NCBI GenBank assembly: GCA_964057225.1
Contig: OZ059896.1
Span: forward strand, 23,188,001 to 23,252,000
Reading direction: 5' to 3'
DNA length: 64,000 bases
DNA from: Auanema rhodensis
Taxonomy: Eukaryota > Animalia > Nematoda
Made by a program: the position numbers and the translations under genes. This document shows positions 41,201-54,000 of the stretch, one piece after another; position 1 is the stretch's first letter, and the number at the start of each line of letters is the position of its first letter. The notes under the pieces were generated by a model. The model saw only the letters and a list, made by a program, of their open reading frames with translations. It had not been told where the DNA came from and ran no database searches.

Positions 41201-44200
41201 ATTTATGCTAATTAAATGTACACGTGATGTGCACCTGGTATGTAACTCGCTTCACGTGAAAGATAAAGAGATGCGGTTTTCAAAATTAGATTCCCCATGT
41301 CCATATTAGTCTAAAAACAAATTTTTATTGATATTGGTGCATGGTAACCATGACTTTGAAATTTACGTGAACTTTAATTTATGCTAATTAAATGTACACG
41401 TGATGTGCACTTGGTATGTAACTCGCTTCACGTGAAAGATAAAGAGATGCGGTTTTCAAAATTAGATTCCCCATGTCCATATTAGTCTAAAAACAAATTT
41501 TTATTGATATTGGTTCATGGTAACCATGACTTTGAAATTTACGTGAACTTTAATTTATGCTAATTAAATGTACACGTGATGTGCACTTGGTATGTAACTC
41601 GCTTCACGTGAAAGATAAAGAGATGCGGTTTTCAAAATTAGATTCCCCATGTCCATATTAGTCTAAAAACAAATTTTTATTGATATTGGTGCATGGTAAC
41701 CATGACTTTGAATTTTACGTGAACTTTAATTTATGCTAATTAAATGTACACGTGATGTGCACTTGGTATGTAACTCGCTTCACGTGAAAGATAAAGAGAT
41801 GCGATTTTCAAAATTAGATTCCCCATGTCCATATTAGTCTAAAAACAAATTTTTATTGATATTGGTTCATGGTAACCATGACTTTGAAATTTACGTGAAC
41901 TTTAATTTATGCTGATTAAATGTACACGTGATGTGCACTTGGTATGTAACTCGCTTCACGTGAAAGATAAAGAGATGCGGTTTTCAAAATTAGATTCCCC
42001 ATGTCCATATTAGTCTAAAAACAAATTTTTATTGATATTGGTTCATGGTAACCATGACTTTGAAATTTACGTGAACTTTAATTTATGCTAATTAAATGTA
42101 CACGTGATGTGCACTTGGTATGTAACTCGCTTCACGTGAAAGATAAAGAGATGCGGTTTTCAAAATTAGATTCCCCATGTCCATATTAGTCTAAAAACAA
42201 ATTTTTATTGATATTGCTTCATGGTAACCATGACTTTGAAATTTACGTGAACTTTAATTTATGCTAATTAAATGTACACGTGATGTGCACTTGGTATGTA
42301 ACTCGCTTCACGTGAAAGATAAAGAGATGCGGTTTTCAAAATTAGATTCCACATGTCCATATTAGTCTAAAAACAAATTTTTATTGATATTGGTTCATGG
42401 TAACCATGACTTTGAAATTTACGTGAACTTTAATTTATGCTAATTAAATGTACACGTGATGTGCACTTGGTATGTAACTCGCTTCACGTGAAAGATAAAG
42501 AGATGCGGTTTTCAAAATTAGATTCCCCATGTCCATATTAGTCTAAAAACAAATTTTTATTGATATTGGTGCATGGTAACCATGACTTTGAAATTTACGT
42601 GAACTTTAATTTATGCTAATTAAATGTACACGTGATGTGCACTTGGTATGTAACTCGCTTTACGTGAAAGATAAAGAGATGCGGTTTTCAAAATTAGATT
42701 CCCCATGTCCATATTAGTCTAAAAACAAATTTTTATTGATATTGGTGCATGGTAACCATGACTTTGAAATTTACGTGAACTTTAATTTATGCTAATTAAA
42801 TGTACACGTGATGTGCACTTGGTATGTAACTCGCTTCACGTGAAAGATAAAGAGATGCGGTTTTCAAAATTAGATTCCCCATGTCCATATTAGTCTAAAA
42901 ACAAATTTTTATTGATATTGGTTCATGGTAACCATGACTTTGAAATTTACGTGAACTTTAATTTATGCTAATTAAATGTACACGTGATGTGCACTTGGTA
43001 TGTAACTCGCTTCACGTGAAAGATAAAGAGATGCGGTTTTCAAAATTAGATTCCCCATGTCCATATTAGTCTAAAAACAAATTTTTATTGATATTGCTTC
43101 ATGGTAACCATGACTTTGAAATTTACGTGAACTTTAATTTATGCTAATTAAATGTACACGTGATGTGCACTTGGTATGTAACTCGCTTCACGTGAAAGAT
43201 AAAGAGATGCGGTTTTCAAAATTAGATTCCACATGTCCATATTAGTCTAAAAACAAATTTTTATTGATATTGGTTCATGGTAACCATGACTTTGAAATTT
43301 ACGTGAACTTTAATTTATGCTAATTAAATGTACACGTGATGTGCACTTGGTATGTAACTCGCTTCACGTGAAAGATAAAGAGATGCGGTTTTCAAAATTA
43401 GATTCCCCATGTCCATATTAGTCTAAAAACAAATTTTTATTGATATTGGTGCATGGTAACCATGACTTTGAAATTTACGTGAACTTTAATTTATGCTAAT
43501 TAAATGTACACGTGATGTGCACTTGGTATGTAACTCGCTTTACGTGAAAGATAAAGAGATGCGGTTTTCAAAATTAGATTCCCCATGTCCATATTAGTCT
43601 AAAAACAAATTTTTATTGATATTGGTGCATGGTAACCATGACTTTGAAATTTACGTGAACTTTAATTTATGCTAATTAAATGTACACGTGATGTGCACTT
43701 GGTATGTAACTCGCTTCACGTGAAAGATAAAGAGATGCGGTTTTCAAAATTAGATTCCCCATGTCCATATTAGTCTAAAAACAAATTTTTATTGATATTG
43801 GTTCATGGTAACCATGACTTTGAAATTTACGTGAACTTTAATTTATGCTAATTAAATGTACACGTGATGTGCACTTGGTATGTAACTCGCTTCACGTGAA
43901 AGATAAAGAGATGCGGTTTTCAAAATTAGATTTCCCACGTCCATATTAGTCTAAAAACAAATTTTTATTGATATTGCTTCATGGTAACCATGACTTTGAA
44001 TTTTACGTGAACTTTAATTTATGCTAATTAAATGTACACGTGATGTGCACTTGGTATGTAACTCGCTTCACGTGAAAGATAAAGAGATGCGGTTTTCAAA
44101 ATTAGATTCCCCATGTCCATATTAGTCTAAAAACAAATTTTTATTGATATTGCTTCATGGTAACCATGACTTTGAAATTTACGTGAACTTTAATTTATGC

Positions 44201-47200
44201 TAATTAAATGTACACGTGATGTGCACTTGGTATGTAACTCGCTTCACGTGAAAGATAAAGAGATGCGGTTTTCAAAATTAGATTCCACATGTCCATATTA
44301 GTCTAAAAACAAATTTTTATTGATATTGGTTCATGGTAACCATGACTTTGAAATTTACGTGAACTTTAATTTATGCTAATTAAATGTACACGTGATGTGC
44401 ACTTGGTATGTAACTCGCTTCACGTGAAAGATAAAGAGATGCGGTTTTCAAAATTAGATTCCCCATGTCCATATTAGTCTAAAAACAAATTTTTATTGAT
44501 ATTGGTGCATGGTAACCATGACTTTGAAATTTACGTGAACTTTAATTTATGCTAATTAAATGTACACGTGATGTGCACTTGGTATGTAACTCGCTTTACG
44601 TGAAAGATAAAGAGATGCGGTTTTCAAAATTAGATTCCCCATGTCCATATTAGTCTAAAAACAAATTTTTATTGATATTGGTGCATGGTAACCATGACTT
44701 TGAAATTTACGTGAACTTTAATTTATGCTAATTAAATGTACACGTGATGTGCACTTGGTATGTAACTCGCTTCACGTGAAAGATAAAGAGATGCGGTTTT
44801 CAAAATTAGATTCCCCATGTCCATATTAGTCTAAAAACAAATTTTTATTGATATTGGTTCATGGTAACCATGACTTTGAAATTTACGTGAACTTTAATTT
44901 ATGCTAATTAAATGTACACGTGATGTGCACTTGGTATGTAACTCGCTTCACGTGAAAGATAAAGAGATGCGGTTTTCAAAATTAGATTTCCCATGTCCAT
45001 ATTAGTCTAAAAACAAATTTTTATTGATATTGCTTCATGGTAACCATGACTTTGAATTTTACGTGAACTTTAATTTATGCTAATTAAATGTACACGTGAT
45101 GTGCACTTGGTATGTAACTCGCTTCACGTGAAAGATAAAGAGATGCGATTTTCAAAATTAGATTCCCCATGTCCATATTAGTCTAAAAACGAATTTTTAT
45201 TGATATTGGTTCATGGTAACCATGACTTTGAAATTTACGTGAACTTTAATTTATGCTAATTAAATGTACACGTGATGTGCACTTGGTATGTAACTCGCTT
45301 CACGTGAAAGATAAAGAGATGCGGTTTTTAAAATTAGATTCCCCATGTCCATATTAGTCTAAAAACAAATTTTTATTGATAATGCTTCATGGTAACCATG
45401 ACTTTGAAATTTACGTGAACTTTAATTTATGCTAATTAAATGTACACGTGATATGCACTTGGTATGTAACTCGCTTCACGTGAAAGATAAAGAGATGCGG
45501 TTTTCAAAATTAGATTCCCCATGTCCATATTAGTCTAAAAACAAATTTTTATTGATATTGGTTCATGGTAACCATGACTTTGAAATTTACGTGAACTTTA
45601 ATTTATGCTAATTAAATGTACACGTGATGTGCACTTGGTATGTAACTCGCTTCACGTGAAAGATAAAGAGATGCGGTTCTCAAAATTAGATTCCCCATGT
45701 CCATATTAGTCTAAAAACAAATTTTTATTGATATTGGTGCATGGTAACCATGACTTTGAATTTTACGTGAACTTTAATTTATGCTAATTAAATGTACACG
45801 TGATGTGCACTTGGTATGTAACTCGCTTCACGTGAAAGATAAAGAGATGCGATTTTCAAAATTAGATTCCCCATGTCCATATTAGTCTAAAAACGAATTT
45901 TTATTGATATTGGTTCATGGTAACCATGACTTTGAAATTTACGTGAACTTTAATTTATGCTAATTAAATGTACACGTGATGTGCACTTGGTATGTAACTC
46001 GCTTCACGTGAAAGATAAAGAGATGCGGTTTTCAAAATTAGATTTCCCATGTCCATATTAGTCTAAAAACAAATTTTTATTGATATTGCTTCATGGTAAC
46101 CATGACTTTGAATTTTACGTGAACTTTAATTTATGCTAATTAAATGTACACGTGATGTGCACTTGGTATGTAACTCGCTTCACGTGAAAGATAAAGAGAT
46201 GCGATTTTCAAAATTAGATTCCCCATGTCCATATTAGTCTAAAAACGAATTTTTATTGATATTGGTTCATGGTAACCATGACTTTGAAATTTACGTGAAC
46301 TTTAATTTATGCTAATTAAATGTACACGTGATGTGCACTTGGTATGTAACTCGCTTCACGTGAAAGATAAAGAGATGCGGTTTTTAAAATTAGATTCCCC
46401 ATGTCCATATTAGTCTAAAAACAAATTTTTATTGATATTGCTTCATGGTAACCATGACTTTGAAATTTACGTGAACTTTAATTTATGCTAATTAAATGTA
46501 CACGTGATGTGCACTTGGTATGTAACTCGCTTCACGTGAAAGATAAAGAGATGCGGTTTTCAAAATTAGATTCCCCATGTCCATATTAGTCTAAAAACAA
46601 ATTTTTATTGATATTGGTTCATGGTAACCATGACTTTGAAATTCACGTGAACTTTAATTTATGCTAATTAAATGTACACGTGATGTGCACTTGGTATGTA
46701 ACTCGCTTCACGTGAAAGATAAAGAGATGCGGTTCTCAAAATTAGATTCCCCATGTCCATATTAGTCTAAAAACAAATTTTTATTGATATTGGTGCATGG
46801 TAACCATGACTTTGAAATTTACGTGAACTTTAATTTATGCTAATTAAATGTACACGTGATGTGCACTTGGTATGTAACTCGCTTCACGTGAAAGATAAAG
46901 AGATGCGGTTTTCAAAATTAGATTCCCCATGTCCATATTAGTCTAAAAACAAATTTTTATTGATATTGGTTCATGGTAACCATGACTTTGAAATTTACGT
47001 GAACTTTAATTTATGCTAATTAAATGTACACGTGATGTGCACTTGGTATGTAACTCGCTTCACGTGAAAGATAAAGAGATGCGGTTTTCAAAATTAGATT
47101 CCCCATGTCCATATTAGTCTAAAAACAAATTTTTATTGATATTGGTTCATGGTAACCATGACTTTGAAATTTACGTGAACTTTAATTTATGCTAATTAAA

Positions 47201-49493
47201 TGTACACGTGATGTGCACTTGGTATGTAACTCGCTTCACGTGAAAGATAAAGAGATGCGGTTTTCAAAATTAGATTCCCCATGTCCATATTAGTCTAAAA
47301 ACAAATTTTTATTGATATTGGTTCATGGTAACCATGACTTTGAAATTTACGTGAACTTTAATTTATGCTAATTAAATGTACACGTGATGTGCACTTGGTA
47401 TGTAACTCGCTTCACGTGAAAGATAAAGAGATGCGGTTTTCAAAATTAGATTCCCCATGTCCATATTAGTCTAAAAACAAATTTTTATTGATATTGGTGC
47501 ATGGTAACCATGACTTTGAATTTTACGTGAACTTTAATTTATGCTAATTAAATGTACATGTGATGTGCACTTGGTATGTAACTCGCTTCACGTGAAAGAT
47601 AAAGAGATGCGATTTTCAAAATTAGATTCCCCATGTCCATATTAGTCTAAAAACGAATTTTTATTGATATTGGTTCATGGTAACCATGACTTTGAAATTT
47701 ACGTGAACTTTAATTTATGCTAATTAAATGTACACGTGATGTGCACTTGGTATGTAACTCGCTTCACGTGAAAGATAAAGAGATGCGGTTTTTAAAATTA
47801 GATTCCCCATGTCCATATTAGTCTAAAAACAAATTTTTATTGATATTGCTTCATGGTAACCATGACTTTGAAATTTACGTGAACTTTAATTTATGCTAAT
47901 TAAATGTACACGTGATGTGCACTTGGTATGTAACTCGCTTCACGTGAAAGATAAAGAGATGCGGTTTTCAAAATTAGATTCCCCATGTCCATATTAGTCT
48001 AAAAACAAATTTTTATTGATATTGGTTCATGGTAACCATGACTTTGAAATTTACGTGAACTTTAATTTATGCTAATTAAATGTACACGTGATGTGCACTT
48101 GGTATGTAACTCGCTTCACGTGAAAGATAAAGAGATGCGGTTTTCAAAATTAGATTCCCCATGTCCATATTAGTCTAAAAACAAATTTTTATTGATATTG
48201 GTGCATGGTAACCATGACTTTGAAATTTACGTGAACTTTAATTTATGCTAATTAAATGTACACGTGATGTGCACTTGGTATGTAACTCGCTTCACGTGAA
48301 AGATAAAGAGATGCGGTTTTCAAAATTAGATTCCCCATGTCCATATTAGTCTAAAAACAAATTTGTATTGATATTGGTTCATGGTAACCATGACTTTGAA
48401 ATTTACGTGAACTTTAATTTATGCTAATTAAATGTACACGTGATGTGCACTTGGTATGTAACTCGCTTCACGTGAAAGATAAAGAGATGCGGTTTTTAAA
48501 ATTAGATTCCCCATGTCCATATTAGTCTAAAAACGAATTTTTATTGATATTGGTTCATGGTAACCATGACTTTGAAATTTACGTGAACTTTAATTTATGC
48601 TAATTAAATGTACACGTGATGTGCACTTGGTATGTAACTCGCTTCACGTGAAAGATAAAGAGATGCGGTTTTTAAAATTAGATTCCCCATGTCCATATTA
48701 GTCTAAAAACAAATTTTTATTGATATTGCTTCATGGTAACCATGACTTTGAAATTTACGTGAACTTTAATTTATGCTAATTAAATGTACACGTGATGTGC
48801 ACTTGGTATGTAACTCGCTTCACGTGAAAGATAAAGAGATGCGGTTTTCAAAATTAGATTCCCCATGTCCATATTAGTCTAAAAACAAATTTTTATTGAT
48901 ATTGGTTCATGGTAACCATGACTTTGAAATTTACGTGAACTTTAATTTATGCTAATTAAATGTACACGTGATGTGCACTTGGTATGTAACTCGCTTCACG
49001 TGAAAGATAAAGAGATGCGGTTCTCAAAATTAGATTCCCCATGTCCATATTAGTCTAAAAACAAATTTTTATTGATATTGGTGCATGGTAACCATGACTT
49101 TGAAATTTACGTGAACTTTAATTTATGCTAATTAAATGTACACGTGATGTGCACTTGGTATGTAACTCGCTTCACGTGAAAGATAAAGAGATGCGGTTTT
49201 CAAAATTAGATTCCCCATGTCCATATTAGTCTAAAAACAAATTTTTATTGATATTGGTTCATGGTAACCATGACTTTGAAATTTACGTGAACTTTAATTT
49301 ATGCTAATTAAATGTACACGTGATGTGCACTTGGTATGTAACTCGCTTCACGTGAAAGATAAAGAGATGCGGTTTTCAAAATTAGATTCCCCATGTCCAT
49401 ATTAGTCTAAAAACAAATGTTTATTGATATTGGTGCATGGTAACCATGACTTTGAATTTTACGTGAACTTTAATTTATGCTAATTAAATGTAC

Positions 49494-49497
49494 ACGT
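49494..49497. repeat. Target-site duplication ACGT, left copy (monomer positions 30-33)
   Basis: Left junction reads ...AAATGTAC-ACGT|TTGAACGGG. The uninterrupted monomer has only one ACGT here (GTACACGTGATG). Confidence 0.8.
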
Positions 49498-49983
49498 TTG
49501 AACGGGTTTATTGTTCGAATCACAGGTTAAAAGCGGAAACAATGTTAATAAATAGAGAAAATTGTAGATATACAGAAGAACCTTACAATACAAACATACA
49601 TAATAATTGGCTAGATATATGTAAATAAACGAGTCGTGCATATTTCCTTTTATTATGATAGCGTACAGCACTACTGGTGTGTTAAAGTTTCGAAGTTCTA
49701 GTTAGGTAGAGGAGAGAAAAGTTGTTCAGTGTAGATCACTGACCTCTGTAGTATTCTGACAGGTGCGGTGGAACTCTTGACATGAGTCGAGCCCGTTCTG
49801 ACAGTAAGAGGTAACTAACGCTTGATCCATATGACTAATGTCTATAGGATTCGGAGCATAGTAACAGGTCTCGGAGGTTAACTAGGAAACTGTCTAACTA
49901 TAACATGCAGTGAGGCTAGCAGGCTAGTAATATGGAAAAAAATATACATGAGCAAGATTTCAAGTTACATTAATCAGAGCAGG
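49498..49983 (-). other. 3' UTR of the LINE (~486 bp)
   Basis: Unique sequence between the RT stop codon and the left TSD. On the minus strand it ends ...GATTCGAACAATAAACCCGTTCAA. Confidence 0.8.
49507..49512 (-). promoter_or_regulatory. Candidate polyadenylation signal AATAAA, 9 nt before the element's 3' end
   Basis: The plus strand has TTTATT at 49507-49512. On the sense strand the signal lies inside a short GAAC...GTTC stem. No poly(A) follows. Confidence 0.4.
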
Positions 49984-51076
49984 TTAAAAATCATTTAAAA
50001 TAACAGATAGGTGTTTTCTGAAGCTGGAGGTGTTTCTCAGTTGAATGATGTTTTCAGGGAGAGCGTTCCAGATTTGAATAGCTCTGTATTCAATTCCAGT
50101 TCTTGTTTCGCTTCTCCAAAGATCAGGATATTCAACATTCCATAGATGCCTACGAAGTGAATGTGCGTAGTGCTTGATAGTAAAAAAATTAAGGCTGTTT
50201 TCTGGAATGTTTTTAGTTATCTGATTGTGATAGAAGACGAGATCAATTAACAGTCTTCTAAAAGATAGTTCCTTAGCTTCAAGAAACAATAGCTGGTTTT
50301 TGTAATCCAAAGCTATTTCGGCTCTCTTAAAAATAGCGTTTAAGAACTTTTTTTGTACGGACTCAATGCGTGCTTTATCTTTGTTATTTTGAGGGGACCA
50401 TACAACTGAGGCATATTCTAAAATAGGCCTGATATAGCAGCAAAACAGTTTAAACATCAAGGTAGGTGATCTTGAGTAAAAACAACGCAAGATAACACGA
50501 CATTTGTGAGCAGCGATGTTAGAGATTCTATTTATATGGCTATTGAAAGAAAGATTATAGTCAGTACATACACCAAGATCTTTGTACGTTGTTACTGTGG
50601 CTAACGAGATGTCGCCAAATTTGAAAATTGTGTTTAATCTTGATGTAGTAGTACTAGATATAATCATAACTTTAGATTTAGTAGTATTTACCTTCATACC
50701 GTTTAATAGACACCAGTTTTTCAGGTTATCCAAGGCCAATTGTAAACTTACAGGATTAGTGCTGCTTAGTTTAAGATCATCCGCATAGAGAGTTGGATGC
50801 ACGTCATCGGGTAAGTTTGATGTGATGTCATTTATGTAAAATAGAAAAAGAAGTGGACCCAGAACTGTCCCTTGTGGAACTCCACAGGGCAAACGATTTG
50901 TGGCGGATAGAGAATAATTAACCAATACCGAGAAGGATCTATCAGTAATGAAATTTTTGAGAAAGGAGTGAATACAGCCGTCGATACCAATAGATTTTAG
51001 TTTAGTTAAAAGAACAGAATGATTTATAAGATCGAAAGCCTTGGAGAAGTCAATGAAGGCAACATAAACAGGTCTT
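49984..51076 (-). pseudogene. N-terminally truncated LINE ORF2 reverse transcriptase (~363 aa); frame open upstream into the satellite to ATG at 51159
   Basis: RT motifs: VAFIDFSKAFD, GVPQGTVLGPLLFLFYINDI, catalytic LYADDLKL, LQLALDNLKNWC..NGMKVN..K, YKDLGV. CR1/L2-type C-terminal motifs: YIRPILEYASVVWSP, IESVQKKF, RRLLIDL, WNALP. The endonuclease and the N-terminal RT motifs are missing. There are no internal stops or frameshifts, and the stop TAA is at 49986-49984. Confidence 0.92.
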
Positions 51077-51080
51077 ACGT
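51077..51080. repeat. Target-site duplication ACGT, right copy
   Basis: Right junction reads ...CAGGTCTT|ACGT-GATGTGCAC. Part of this could be 5'-junction microhomology rather than true duplication. Confidence 0.8.
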
Positions 51081-54000
51081 GATGTGCACTTGGTATGTAA
51101 CTCGCTTCACGTGAAAGATAAAGAGATGCGATTTTCAAAATTAGATTCCCCATGTCCATATTAGTCTAAAAACGAATTTTTATTGATATTGGTTCATGGT
51201 AACCATGACTTTGAAATTTACGTGAACTTTAATTTATGCTAATTAAATGTACACGTGATGTGCACTTGGTATGTAACTCGCTTCACGTGAAAGATAAAGA
51301 GATGCGGTTTTTAAAATTAGATTCCCCATGTCCATATTAGTCTAAAAACAAATTTTTATTGATATTGCTTCATGGTAACCATGACTTTGAAATTTACGTG
51401 AACTTTAATTTATGCTAATTAAATGTACACGTGATGTGCACTTGGTATGTAACTCGCTTCACGTGAAAGATAAAGAGATGCGGTTTTCAAAATTAGATTC
51501 CCCATGTCCATATTAGTCTAAAAACAAATTTTTATTGATATTGGTTCATGGTAACCATGACTTTGAAATTTACGTGAACTTTAATTTATGCTAATTAAAT
51601 GTACACGTGATGTGCACTTGGTATGTAACTCGCTTCACGTGAAAGATAAAGAGATGCGGTTTTCAAAATTAGATTCCCCATGTCCATATTAGTCTAAAAA
51701 CAAATTTTTATTGATATTGGTGCATGGTAACCATGACTTTGAAATTTACGTGAACTTTAATTTATGCTAATTAAATGTACACGTGATGTGCACTTGGTAT
51801 GTAACTCGCTTCACGTGAAAGATAAAGAGATGCGGTTTTCAAAATTAGATTCCCCATGTCCATATTAGTCTAAAAACAAATTTTTATTGATATTGGTTCA
51901 TGGTAACCATGACTTTGAAATTTACGTGAACTTTAATTTATGCTAATTAAATGTACACGTGATGTGCACTTGGTATGTAACTCGCTTCACGTGAAAGATA
52001 AAGAGATGCGGTTTTCAAAATTAGATTCCCCATGTCCATATTAGTCTAAAAACAAATTTTTATTGATATTGCTTCATGGTAACCATGACTTTGAAATTTA
52101 CGTGAACTTTAATTTATGCTGATTAAATGTACACGTGATGTGCACTTGGTATGTAACTCGCTTCACGTGAAAGATAAAGAGATGCGGTTTGCAAAATTAG
52201 ATTCCCCATGTCCATATTAGTCTAAAAACAAATTTTTATTGATATTGGTTCATGGTAACCATGACTTTGAAATTTACGTGAACTTTAATTTATGCTAATT
52301 AAATGTACACGTGATGTGCACTTGGTATGTAACTCGCTTCACGTGAAAGATAAAGAGATGCGGTTTTCAAAATTAGATTCCCCATGTCCATATTAGTCTA
52401 AAAACAAATTTTTATTGATATTGGTGCATGGTAACCATGACTTTGAAATTTACGTGAACTTTAATTTATGCTAATTAAATGTACACGTGATGTGCACTTG
52501 GTATGTAACTCGCTTCACGTGAAAGATAAAGAGATGCGGTTTTCAAAATTAGATTCCCCATGTCCATATTAGTCTAAAAACAAATTTTTATTGATATTGG
52601 TTCATGGTAACCATGACTTTGAAATTTACGTGAACTTTAATTTATGCTAATTAAATGTACACGTGATGTGCACTTGGTATGTAACTCGCTTCACGTGAAA
52701 GATAAAGAGATGCGGTTTTCAAAATTAGATTCCCCATGTCCATATTAGTCTAAAAACAAATTTTTATTGATATTGCTTCATGGTAACCATGACTTTGAAA
52801 TTTACGTGAACTTTAATTTATGCTAATTAAATGTACACGTGATGTGCACTTGGTATGTAACTCGCTTCACGTGAAAGATAAAGAGATGCGGTTTTCAAAA
52901 TTAGATTCCCCATGTCCATATTAGTCTAAAAACAAATTTTTATTGATATTGGTTCATGGTAACCATGACTTTGAAATTTACGTGAACTTTAATTTATGCT
53001 AATTAAATGTACACGTGATGTGCACTTGGTATGTAACTCGCTTCACGTGAAAGATAAAGAGATGCGGTTTTCAAAATTAGATTCCCCATGTCCATATTAG
53101 TCTAAAAACAAATTTTTATTGATATTGCTTCATGGTAACCATGACTTTGAAATTTACGTGAACTTTAATTTATGCTAATTAAATGTACACGTGATGTGCA
53201 CTTGGTATGTAACTCGCTTCACGTGAAAGATAAAGAGATGCGGTTTTCAAAATTAGATTCCCCATGTCCATATTAGTCTAAAAACAAATTTTTATTGATA
53301 TTGGTTCATGGTAACCATGACTTTGAAATTTACGTGAACTTTAATTTATGCTAATTAAATGTACACGTGATGTGCACTTGGTATGTAACTCGCTTCACGT
53401 GAAAGATAAAGAGATGCGGTTTTCAAAATTAGATTCCCCATGTCCATATTAGTCTAAAAACAAATTTTTATTGATATTGCTTCATGGTAACCATGACTTT
53501 GAAATTTACGTGAACTTTAATTTATGCTAATTAAATGTACACGTGATGTGCACTTGGTATGTAACTCGCTTCACGTGAAAGATAAAGAGATGCGGTTTTC
53601 AAAATTAGATTCCCCATGTCCATATTAGTCTAAAAACAAATTTTTATTGATATTGCTTCATGGTAACCATGACTTTGAAATTTACGTGAACTTTAATTTA
53701 TGCTGATTAAATGTACACGTGATGTGCACTTGGTATGTAACTCGCTTCACGTGAAAGATAAAGAGATGCGGTTTGCAAAATTAGATTCCCCATGTCCATA
53801 TTAGTCTAAAAACAAATTTTTATTGATATTGGTTCATGGTAACCATGACTTTGAAATTTACGTGAACTTTAATTTATGCTGATTAAATGTACACGTGATG
53901 TGCACTTGGTATGTAACTCGCTTCACGTGAAAGATAAAGAGATGCGGTTTGCAAAATTAGATTCCCCATGTCCATATTAGTCTAAAAACAAATTTTTATT

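Larger units (their letters stand above)
1..49497 (+). repeat. 176-bp tandem satellite array, left arm (~281 monomers, head-to-tail)
   Basis: The consensus GAACTTTAATTTATGCTAATTAAATGTACACGTGATGTGCACTTGGTATGTAACTCGCTTCACGTGAAAGATAAAGAGATGCGGTTTTCAAAATTAGATTCCCCATGTCCATATTAGTCTAAAAACAAATTTTTATTGATATTGGTTCATGGTAACCATGACTTTGAAATTTACGT restarts at 1, 177, ... 2641 (15x176+1). After the +8 bp shift at ~23291 it restarts at 24121 and 49465. G+C is 56/176. The array runs off the left edge of the window. Confidence 0.99.
49498..51076 (-). mobile_element. 5'-truncated non-LTR retrotransposon (LINE), CR1/L2-like, 1,579 bp, inserted in the satellite
   Basis: This is the only non-satellite sequence in the window. 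It encodes the C-terminal part of a LINE ORF2 RT followed by ~486 bp of 3' UTR. ACGT flanks both sides, and no LTRs or TIRs are visible. The clade is assigned from motif recognition, not a phylogeny. Confidence 0.93.

Noticed and set aside
49480-49671. 63-aa minus-strand ORF
   Set aside because: It lies in the LINE 3' UTR, is low-complexity (Y/L/I-rich), ends inside satellite sequence beyond the junction and has no recognisable motif.
49498-49983. Self-cleaving hammerhead ribozyme or tRNA-like RNA in the 3' UTR
   Set aside because: I found no CUGANGA core with matching stems on either strand by eye. The short repeats TTCTGACAG and AGGCTAG are too small to interpret. An Rfam/Infernal scan would be definitive.
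50582-50788. 68-aa plus-strand ORF
   Set aside because: It is an antisense shadow of the RT coding region with no independent evidence.
49984-51159. Intact 391-aa host gene, telomerase or domesticated RT
   Set aside because: The N-terminal 27 residues are satellite-derived, the RT lacks its N-terminal motifs, and the structure is a 5'-truncated insertion.
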